Assembly (NCBI RefSeq): GCF_018398935.1
Contig: NZ_CP074694.1
Location: 2,910,001-2,942,000 of the forward strand
Reading direction: 5' to 3'
Length of the DNA stretch: 32,000 nucleotides
DNA from: Telmatocola sphagniphila
GTDB lineage: Bacteria > Planctomycetota > Planctomycetia > Gemmatales > Gemmataceae
In this document: positions 8,805 to 16,124 of the stretch, in pieces
Layout: each line of letters starts with the position of its first letter
Numbering within the stretch: the first letter of the stretch is position 1
Program-made: the position numbers and the translations under genes
Notes under the pieces: model-generated
Seen by the model: the letters and a program-made list of their open reading frames with translations, nothing else
Told to the model about the DNA's origin: nothing
Databases searched by the model: none

Positions 8805-9758
8805 TGCCCAGACCGCAAAGCCGCCCATCTTGGTCAGGGCTTTCAGCTGAAACTCGCCCTCCTCGGCATATTGTGCGGCCTGCTGCTTCATCGATTCCGA
8901 TAAGCGACCGCTGGTCTCTCCGACTTCCAGAACTTCGAGAAATCGAGGTTCGAAGATCCGGCTCATAGTCAGAGATTCCTGCAAATCGTAACCGGCCTTG
9001 ATCGAGTAGCGAATTCCGGGAAAAGCATTGATGAACACGGCGTTCCCGCTCGCCCTCAGGCTCAAATCCATCGCTTTGATGACCGACATGCCGCTACCGG
9101 TGGTCAGGTAAAGTGCCGTGCAGAATCGCTGCATGACAAAGGAGCGGATGCAGGCTCCCAGCTTCGGTACCCGAAGCAGAAAAGCCTCCACCTTGCCTCG
9201 AAACCCGTAACTTTTTTGCGTGGCTTTGAAAAAGAAATAGATGGTGAACAGGCTGCCTAGTGACAGTACCAAAAATGTTACCGCCCCGCCCGTCCCCGTC
9301 AAACCCAGCACCGCGATCGGTTTACCGCCACTGGTGGAAGCAATAAAACCCAGAATGAAAATCAAAGCGCTGATTACGAAAATCGCCATGAAAAGCTGAA
9401 AAACCGGCATGAAAATCATGGAGCGGAATTCCCGTCCCTGAGTCTGACGCAAGGTGAAGTACTTTTCCAGTTCGCCGAACATCTCCGGTAAGTTACCCGT
9501 CTCTTCGCCGACGACCGCCAGTTCGCTGAATAATGGTGGAAAACGATCCTTGTAGGGTTGAAGAGCGTCCTTGAACGATTCGCCGGATCGCAACTGAACA
9601 GCCAGATCGGAGCATATGGCTCGCAACTCGAGAGCCCCTTTGCTCGCCTGCATTTCCATGACGCGAGGGAAATCCAACCCGGCGGCCAGCCCGTGCCGAA
9701 GGGCACGGCACAACGAAATGATGGCACCGAGCGAAATCGTATTCCCGAAAAGCTTCAT
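8724..9758 (-). CDS. type II secretion / type IV pilus platform protein, GspF/PilC family (orphan)
   Basis: 344 aa. Two T2SSF-like halves (FPPLFSELAVVGEETGNLPEMF and FLEVLEVGETSGRLSESM) plus three hydrophobic segments. No GspE/PilB ATPase or pilins are in the window. Confidence 0.8.
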   Translation of the reverse strand: MKLFGNTISLGAIISLCRALRHGLAAGLDFPRVMEMQASKGALELRAICSDLAVQLRSGESFKDALQPYKDRFPPLFSELAVVGEETGNLPEMFGELEKYFTLRQTQGREFRSMIFMPVFQLFMAIFVISALIFILGFIASTSGGKPIAVLGLTGTGGAVTFLVLSLGSLFTIYFFFKATQKSYGFRGKVEAFLLRVPKLGACIRSFVMQRFCTALYLTTGSGMSVIKAMDLSLRASGNAVFINAFPGIRYSIKAGYDLQESLTMSRIFEPRFLEVLEVGETSGRLSESMKQQAAQYAEEGEFQLKALTKMGGFAVWALVAIIMIFMIMNLAGIYLGALNSVGG

Positions 9759-9805
9759 TTCAGTTCCTCCGCCGCGAAACCGGTATTTATCATAATAGCA
9801 GAACC

Positions 9806-10180
9806 ATGAAGTCCAACGCTAATCAATACGACACTCGCTATCTGGAAGGTATCGACCTGTTCAATTCCGGAGATTTTTTTGCTGCCCACGAAATCTGGGA
9901 GGAACTTTGGACCGATTGCGATGCGAATGTCCGCCGATTCTACCAAAGTTTGATTCATGCCTCAGTCGCGGTCTATCACTGCCTCAGAGGGAATAACGTC
10001 GGTGCGAGCAGATTGCTGGCATCTGGAAGCCGATACGCGAAGCTTTATCCGAACCCCTTTCTTGGCTTTCGACATCAGGAATTCTGGGCCGCATTAGAGA
10101 CTTGTTTAGCCAGTGCGGATTCGGATGGAAATTTGGACCGGGAACGGATTCCGAAAATTGAGTTGACACTCCTAGACTAA
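9806..10180 (+). CDS. DUF309 domain protein
   Basis: 124 aa. FNSGDFFAAHEIWEELW and the following helical region match the DUF309 signature. Confidence 0.7.
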   Translation: MKSNANQYDTRYLEGIDLFNSGDFFAAHEIWEELWTDCDANVRRFYQSLIHASVAVYHCLRGNNVGASRLLASGSRYAKLYPNPFLGFRHQEFWAALETCLASADSDGNLDRERIPKIELTLLD

Positions 10181-10200
10181 AACGGACAATCGACGAACTC

Positions 10201-10893
10201 ATGGATGACCTATCCTTATCTCTGGCAAATTTTGAAGGGGTGGCCAAGCTGTTTCCGCTGCCGAATCTGGTTATGTTTCCGAACACAGTGCAGCACCTGC
10301 ATATTTTTGAACCGCGCTACCGACAAATGACGGCCGATGCTTTGCTAGGTGACCGTCTGATTGCACTGGTACTGCTCAAGGACGATTGGGAGAGAGATTA
10401 CGATCAAAACCCTGCGATTCACTCGATGGCCTGCCTCGGCAAAATCGTAGCCGACAAGTTGCTCCCCGATGGCCGATACAACTTGATTTTCCAGGGTTAT
10501 TCGCGCGTTCGCCTGATAGAGGAACTTCCCAAAACCCGTCTCTATCGATCGGCGAAATGCGATCTGCTACCCGATAAAATTCCCGAGGATTTCGACTCCC
10601 TGCTGAAATTGCGTCGGAAGTTAGCGGAACTGCTTTTACCCAATCTCGGTGAAGGACAGATTCAACGCCATCTCTCCGAGATATTTGAATCCGATATGTC
10701 GCTAGGTGTTCTTTGCGATGTGCTTTCGTTTGCGGTCCCATTACCGCTGAAAGAAAAGCAATCGCTACTGGAAATCCTGCCGGTGGAAGAGCGGGCTCAG
10801 TTTCTTCTGGAGCGACTGCAAAAACTTCTGGCTACCGGTCCGGCATTCCAAGGGACAAAAAACATATTTCCGCCCCCATTCAGTGCGAATTAG
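10201..10893 (+). CDS. LON substrate-binding (Lon N-terminal) domain protein
   Basis: 230 aa. LFPLPNLVMFPNTVQHLHIFEPRYRQM is the canonical start of the LON/PUA-like N-domain. No AAA+ or protease domain is present. Confidence 0.75.
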   Translation: MDDLSLSLANFEGVAKLFPLPNLVMFPNTVQHLHIFEPRYRQMTADALLGDRLIALVLLKDDWERDYDQNPAIHSMACLGKIVADKLLPDGRYNLIFQGYSRVRLIEELPKTRLYRSAKCDLLPDKIPEDFDSLLKLRRKLAELLLPNLGEGQIQRHLSEIFESDMSLGVLCDVLSFAVPLPLKEKQSLLEILPVEERAQFLLERLQKLLATGPAFQGTKNIFPPPFSAN

Positions 10894-10969
10894 CTGGCCT
10901 TCACTCATCCGGTTCCTACAGATACTTCAACTGAACCGCCCCGTTTAACTCCAAGAGGAATTTGCTCCG

Positions 10970-11494
10970 ATGAAACGTGAAAAAGCTGTGACCTTCAAAG
11001 GTACGCCGATGACTCTGGTAGGACCGGAGATCAAGGTCGGCGATAAGGCCCCCGATTTCAAGTGCGTCAACGGCCCGACCACGACCGTCTCCCTTTCTGA
11101 TACCCCGGCGAAAGCCCGGTTGTTCAGCGTGGTTCCCTCCCTGGACACCGGCGTCTGCTCGATGCAGACCCGCAAGTTCGAAACCGCACTCGCTTCACTC
11201 AAAGATAAAGTGGCCAGCTATACCGTGAGCCTGGATTTGCCGTTTGCTCAGAAACGCTTCTGTGCGGACCCCGACCATCCAGTGACCCTGCTGCAGCCGA
11301 TTTCGGACGTGCACGATCACTCGTTTGGCAAGAGCTATGGCGTGCTATTGGAAGGTCTCGCCCTACCGCTTCTGGCCCGAGCGGTGTTCGTGGTCGATGC
11401 TTCGGGCGTTGTCAAGTACGTCGAATACGTTTCCGAAGTGACGAACGAGCCGAACTACGATAAAGCCGTGGAAGCTCTGAAATCCATCGCCTAA
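10970..11494 (+). CDS. tpx: thiol peroxidase (atypical 2-Cys peroxiredoxin Tpx)
   Basis: 174 aa. The motif PSLDTGVCSMQTRKF contains the peroxidatic Cys, and the resolving Cys lies in KRFCAD. Full-length collinear with Tpx. Confidence 0.9.
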   Translation: MKREKAVTFKGTPMTLVGPEIKVGDKAPDFKCVNGPTTTVSLSDTPAKARLFSVVPSLDTGVCSMQTRKFETALASLKDKVASYTVSLDLPFAQKRFCADPDHPVTLLQPISDVHDHSFGKSYGVLLEGLALPLLARAVFVVDASGVVKYVEYVSEVTNEPNYDKAVEALKSIA

Positions 11495-11525
11495 AAGTCT
11501 GAATTTCCTCATTTTGTAAAACTCG

Positions 11526-11555
11526 AAGCCGGGGTTTTCCCATAACACCCGGCTT
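11526..11555 (+). terminator. hairpin downstream of tpx (8-bp stem aagccggg/cccggctt, 14-nt loop, no U-tract)
   Basis: Seen directly. The lack of a T-run makes intrinsic-terminator function uncertain. Confidence 0.3.
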
Positions 11556-11776
11556 GCCCGATCCCTCCAATTCCTATTTTCCGCAGGACCGTTGTTAAAC
11601 TCGGGCGAATAGGCCAAGTTTATCAATCGTGACGCCCCCTTCCGATAATTACGATCCTTACCGGGGCCAGATTGCTATTTTTTTGAATTCTTTCTGTTTA
11701 TGCTGTAGATGGCTCCATTTTTTAGTTCTACGAATAAGTGCGGATGTACGGAGATGAGGCCCCCTCGGAGTTTAAG

Positions 11777-12727
11777 ATGAAAACATTCAAATATGGATTA
11801 GTGTTCAGCCTGTTCTCGTTGACCTATGGAAGCGGAACGGCCCAGGCCGGATGGAACAACGTTTTCCAGACCACCTGCAATTGTAACCAGCCGCAGCAAC
11901 GAAGCTCTTACTTTGCCCCGGAAACTTCCTGCCAGAAAGTCGAATATGTGCAGCGAAGCTACTACACTCCAGTAACCGTCTGGAAGCGGGAAGTGTATGA
12001 GGAACCGGTCACTGTCAAGTATCGCTCTTTCTACTGGGAACCCGTTGAGAGCATGACCTACACGAGCTACTACGATCCCTGCACCGGCTGCAGCCAGCGC
12101 GTGGCCGTGCCGCGAACGTCCTATCGCCTTCGCTCCCAGGAAAATTGTGCCCAGAAGTACGTCCAGCGCAGCCGGCTGGTACCGGTGACCGAGATGCGCG
12201 TTTCCTATTACATGGAACCGGTGATTACCCGTTACACTCCGCCGCCGTCACCTTGCGACAGTTGCGGTCGAGCACCGACGATCTCCGAAGGTACAAATGG
12301 TGCCCGCCTGGGTTCCCCGAGCGACGGGGCACCCGCTCGGATGCCGGAAGACCGTATCAGCCCGCCGAACATCCCCCAGAGCGGCTACCGGGCGCCTGCA
12401 CCCGCTACAACCCCCATTCAGAACAATACTCCTCCTCTGCGACTGGATCGTTTCAGCAGCAATAGTCGCAGCGGCGAAGTGCAAGGCGTGCTGGTCGCCG
12501 AAGACCGATTCACCCCTCGAGCCAACACTCGAGTGACTCTGGTGAACAAGACCAACCCCAGCGAACAGAAGGTACTGAACACCGACAGCATGGGACGGTT
12601 CAATACTAACGTCCCGAGCGGCGAATGGTCGATCTATGTACCGACCTCGACCGGCAAAGCAGAATATCACAGCACCCTGGCCGTGCGGGATAACGATATG
12701 CGAAATGTGACCATCGTCAGCTGGTAA
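11777..12727 (+). CDS. secreted Tyr/Pro/Cys-rich repeat protein (YTV-like) with a C-terminal carboxypeptidase-regulatory-like beta-sandwich
   Basis: Signal peptide MKTFKYGLVFSLFSLTYGSGTAQA starts at the ATG at 11777. Degenerate repeats include YYTPVTVWKRE, YEEPVTVKYRSF, YWEPVESMTYTSY and YMEPVITRYT. The C-terminus (GEVQGVLVAED...TDSMGRFNTNVPSGEWSIYV) resembles a CarboxypepD_reg domain. Confidence 0.6.
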   Translation: MKTFKYGLVFSLFSLTYGSGTAQAGWNNVFQTTCNCNQPQQRSSYFAPETSCQKVEYVQRSYYTPVTVWKREVYEEPVTVKYRSFYWEPVESMTYTSYYDPCTGCSQRVAVPRTSYRLRSQENCAQKYVQRSRLVPVTEMRVSYYMEPVITRYTPPPSPCDSCGRAPTISEGTNGARLGSPSDGAPARMPEDRISPPNIPQSGYRAPAPATTPIQNNTPPLRLDRFSSNSRSGEVQGVLVAEDRFTPRANTRVTLVNKTNPSEQKVLNTDSMGRFNTNVPSGEWSIYVPTSTGKAEYHSTLAVRDNDMRNVTIVSW

Positions 12728-12749
12728 TGCATTAGAGAACGAAAATCAT

Positions 12750-12785
12750 GCAAGCCGTTGAATCTGGAAAGATTCAACGGCTTGC
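12750..12785. terminator. bidirectional terminator hairpin between convergent genes (15-bp perfect stem, 6-nt loop)
   Basis: gcaagccgttgaatc tggaaa gattcaacggcttgc. On the pheS (minus) side it is followed by augauuuucguu. Confidence 0.6.
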
Positions 12786-12823
12786 GGCGTATAGGGTTGC
12801 TATTTTTACGGATGCTTAGCGAA

Positions 12824-13852
12824 TTAGAACTGTTCCAAAAATCGCAAATCGTTAGCCCAGAACTGGCGAATGTCATCAATGCCGTATTTCAGCATGGTAA
12901 TTCGCTGCGGCCCTAGCCCGAATGCAAATCCACTCACTTGATCCGGATCGTAACCCCCATTGCGGAGAACGGTGGGGTGAATCATCCCGGCGCCCATGAT
13001 TTCCAGCCAGCCGGTGCCCTTTGTCAAGCGGTCGGCGTTGGGGTCTTCCTTGGGCCAGTCGATATCGACTTCGATGCTCGGCTCGGTAAACGGGAAATAG
13101 CTCGAGCGAATCCGAATCTGGCGTTCTTCCCCAAATAAACGTCGAGCAAACGTGGTGATCGTTCCTTTCAGATCGGTCATCGTCACATTGGGGCCAACTA
13201 CCAGGCCTTCGACCTGCTCGAATTGAATCTCGCTGCGCGGCGTGATCGCTTCGTAACGATAGCAGAAGCCGGGCAACACTGCTCGGATCGGCTGAGGGCA
13301 GAATTCCTTCATCACATGGATCTGGCCGGGCGAGGTGTGCGTTCGGAGCAACACACCAGGCGTTTTGGTGTGGAAGGTATCCCACATATCGCGGGCCGGG
13401 TGATGGGCCGGCATGTTCAGAAGTTCGAAATTGGTCTGATCGTCTTCCACTTCCCGGCTACGGAAAATCTGGAAACCCATATCGGAGAAGATGCTATAGA
13501 TCTCCCGCATCACGCGCGTGGCCACATGCAGGCCGCCTTTGGCCGGCGACCGACCGGGCAAGGTGATGTCCAGCGGGTTTTCGTTCAAGCTGGCGAGCAA
13601 GGCGGCTTCTTTGGCTTTACCGAACGCCGACTCATAAGCCGTTGAAAGGGCGACCTTAACCCGGTTGGCTTCCTGGCCGTAGCCTTTGCGCTCGGCGGGC
13701 GGCAGAGTGCCGACCAATTTGAGGGCAGCGGGAATTTCTCCCCGATCGCCGAAGTACTTGGTATTCCAAGCTTTTAAAGAATTTTCGTCGGAGCAAACGG
13801 CCAGCTCTTCAGTGGCTTTAGTTTCGAGAAGTTTCAACGCTTCGATAGACAT
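12824..13852 (-). CDS. pheS: phenylalanine--tRNA ligase alpha subunit
   Basis: 342 aa, full-length PheS. Class II motifs are present (FRSREVEDD..NFELLNMP, GFCYRYE, GAGMIHP..GFAFGLG). No pheT follows it. Confidence 0.95.
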   Translation of the reverse strand: MSIEALKLLETKATEELAVCSDENSLKAWNTKYFGDRGEIPAALKLVGTLPPAERKGYGQEANRVKVALSTAYESAFGKAKEAALLASLNENPLDITLPGRSPAKGGLHVATRVMREIYSIFSDMGFQIFRSREVEDDQTNFELLNMPAHHPARDMWDTFHTKTPGVLLRTHTSPGQIHVMKEFCPQPIRAVLPGFCYRYEAITPRSEIQFEQVEGLVVGPNVTMTDLKGTITTFARRLFGEERQIRIRSSYFPFTEPSIEVDIDWPKEDPNADRLTKGTGWLEIMGAGMIHPTVLRNGGYDPDQVSGFAFGLGPQRITMLKYGIDDIRQFWANDLRFLEQF

Positions 13853-13861
13853 GCGAGGTCT

Positions 13862-13890
13862 CTAAACGAAAACAGGGGCCGAAGCCCCTG
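13862..13890 (-). terminator. terminator/attenuator-like hairpin between rplT and pheS
   Basis: On the minus-strand mRNA: caggggc uucg gccccug, followed by uuuucguuu. It starts a few nt after the rplT stop and ends about 20 nt before the pheS ATG. Confidence 0.5.
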
Positions 13891-13896
13891 TGGTGT

Positions 13897-14265
13897 TTAA
13901 CTCAATCCTTTGGGGAGGTGCTTCTTGGCCAGTTCCACGAGCTGGGTGAAGGCCTCCGGATCGTGAATGGCAATTTCCGATAAGGACTTGCGATCCAGAA
14001 TAACGTTCGCGTTTTGCAGTCCGCAAATCAAAAGGCTGTAGCGGAATCCCCGACTGCGGCAGGCCGCATTGATGCGGATGATCCACAGCCGTCGGAATTC
14101 GCGTTTCTTCCGGCGACGGTCGCGGAAAGCGAATTTACGAGCTCGAATTAAGGTAACGATCGACTGACGATAAAGATTATGTCGGCTAAGGCGAAAACCT
14201 TTGGTAAGTTTTCGAGTACGTTTTCGGCGACGCATCAGCGTCTTGCCGCTACCTGCACGAACCAT
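13897..14265 (-). CDS. rplT: 50S ribosomal protein L20
   Basis: RKRTRKLTKGFRLSRHNLYR and RRLWIIRINAACR are canonical L20 blocks. The ATG at 14265, with GGGAG 6 nt upstream, is preferred over the TTG at 14268. Confidence 0.95.
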   Translation of the reverse strand: MVRAGSGKTLMRRRKRTRKLTKGFRLSRHNLYRQSIVTLIRARKFAFRDRRRKKREFRRLWIIRINAACRSRGFRYSLLICGLQNANVILDRKSLSEIAIHDPEAFTQLVELAKKHLPKGLS

Positions 14266-14323
14266 CAAACACTCCCATTCAAGCGAATTTTAGATTTTGA
14301 GTAAGTTTGCGTAAGCGGTTGAA

Positions 14324-14521
14324 TCAACCACCCATCGCGGTGATGTATTTCTGGGCGGTCGCATCGGTTCCGACTCGGGTTCGGCTTAACTGACGCTTAC
14401 GCTTGGAAGTACGTCCACTCAAAAGGTGACGCTTGGCCGGGCTGTGGCTGAGCAGCTTTCCCGTACCACTAATCTTGAATCGCTTGGCAAGACTGCGATT
14501 CGTCTTATTCTTTGTGGCCAT
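14324..14521 (-). CDS. rpmI: 50S ribosomal protein L35
   Basis: 65 aa. KTNRSLAKRFKISGTGKLLSHSPAKRHLL is typical of L35. Confidence 0.95.
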   Translation of the reverse strand: MATKNKTNRSLAKRFKISGTGKLLSHSPAKRHLLSGRTSKRKRQLSRTRVGTDATAQKYITAMGG

Positions 14522-14712
14522 GTTACCCTATCCTGTCTGTGTAATCAAACCCGGCGACGAGGGTTATCGCCGTAGTCGTTGGGCGCGTAACTGCATCGGA
14601 ACCGTTCCGAAGCGAACAGAAATGATATGAAAGCGACTACAGCGCGGCTACCAAATCTCAAAAAAGGAATTGGAATACTTTACCCCTTTAACGACTAGTA
14701 AAATGTAGGCGT

Positions 14713-15741
14713 ATGATCACTCGCACCCAACTCGAAGCAATCTCGCAAGAGGCCGAAGCCGCCGATCAGGATATGGCTTGGCCGACCGCGATATGGAACA
14801 TCTATCGGGAAGCCGGAGTGTTCGGCTGGTCGATCCCCCAAAACTACGGCGGCAGCGAGAAATCTTCCCTGGAGATTTTCACCGGAATGGAAGCTCTGGC
14901 GGGGGTTTGTTTGACGACCGCTTTCGCCTTCAGCCAACGGGAAACGGCCATTCGCCGGATCCTTGCCGGGCCAGAGCATCTCAAACAAAAACATTTGCCC
15001 CAATTGGCTGCGGGTACCGATTTCCTCACGGTCGGCCTGTCGCAACTCACCACCTCCCGTCAACACATCGGACCGGCCTTGACGGCGGAAGCCTCCGGGG
15101 AAGGCTATCTGATTCATGGCGAAATCCCCTGGGTTACCGGTGGCGATCGGAGTTCAGCCCTGGTCGTGGGAGCTACCCTGTCCGATTTGAAGCAAATCCT
15201 CTTTCTGCTTCCAACGGATCAAAAAGGAGTTCAGATCGATCCACCCATGCCGATCACAGCACTGCGTGGTTCCCGGACGGCGGCCGTGCATTGCGATCAG
15301 GTGATAGTCGAAAACTCCCTCCTGATCGCCGGTCCAAGCGAAGCAGTTCTCGGAAAAGTGGGTGGCGGCGGCCTGGAAACCTCCTGCTTGGCGTTGGGTC
15401 TGGCCGGAGCCGCTATCGATTCGCTTGAGGAACAGGCTAAATTGCGACCCCCCTTGCAGAGATTGGCGGAAAAATTCGAGGAAGAGCGTGTCTTGATCCG
15501 CCAGCGGTTGCATCAACTGGTATCCAGCACACCCGATCCGGAGGCGACTCTGAAACTTCGGGTCGATTGTACGCGACTGGCGCTAAAATCCACTCAAGCC
15601 AATTTATTGGCCACAAAAGGGGCCGGGTTCATCAGCCCCCACCCGGCCCAGCGCTGGGCTCGCCAGGCGATGTTTTTCCTGGTCTGGTCCTGTCCCCGGC
15701 CGGTTGTAGAGGGAATGCTGGAAGAATTCTTGGGCGAGTAA
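14713..15741 (+). CDS. acyl-CoA dehydrogenase-family protein (short form)
   Basis: 342 aa. The N-terminal WSIPQNYGGSE block and overall organisation resemble the ACAD fold. It is shorter than classical ACADs, and no substrate can be assigned. Confidence 0.7.
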   Translation: MITRTQLEAISQEAEAADQDMAWPTAIWNIYREAGVFGWSIPQNYGGSEKSSLEIFTGMEALAGVCLTTAFAFSQRETAIRRILAGPEHLKQKHLPQLAAGTDFLTVGLSQLTTSRQHIGPALTAEASGEGYLIHGEIPWVTGGDRSSALVVGATLSDLKQILFLLPTDQKGVQIDPPMPITALRGSRTAAVHCDQVIVENSLLIAGPSEAVLGKVGGGGLETSCLALGLAGAAIDSLEEQAKLRPPLQRLAEKFEEERVLIRQRLHQLVSSTPDPEATLKLRVDCTRLALKSTQANLLATKGAGFISPHPAQRWARQAMFFLVWSCPRPVVEGMLEEFLGE

Positions 15742-15834
15742 ACCCTGTGCGATCCCTTACCCCTCGACATCCCACGAGAAATTCTTAGAATTCTAAGCTT
15801 GTAAGTAGTTGAGAAATTCAAAAAGGGAAAATAG

Positions 15835-15942
15835 ATGCAGAAGTCCAAAGCTCGCCGACGGGCCACCAAACGTCGCAAGAAAGCAGTTAAGAACACGACT
15901 TTCAAAACGCTCCGCGTCTCCACCAAGAAGCGCTACGTCTAG
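15835..15942 (+). CDS. candidate small hyper-basic protein (35 aa), unannotated
   Basis: ATG at 15835 is preceded by aaggga with 6-nt spacing. The product is MQKSKARRRATKRRKKAVKNTTFKTLRVSTKKRYV, with 16 of 35 residues K/R and none acidic. TAG stop at 15940-15942. A 9-bp-stem hairpin follows at 15972-16002. It is below the 60-aa cutoff of the ORF track. Confidence 0.35.
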   Translation: MQKSKARRRATKRRKKAVKNTTFKTLRVSTKKRYV

Positions 15943-16124
15943 TCTGATAAAGGCAAAAACGAAAATCCTCAGGCGATTCCGCTAATATTCTCAGGAATCG
16001 CCGATCATCAAACCTTCTCGCCAGATTCTCGCAATCTACCCCAACTCCCTCTGCCCAGAATCCCGCATTTGATTAGCATTTCCAGATCAGTCCTAACCCC
16101 GTCACGCAACCGCCGGGAAACCGC

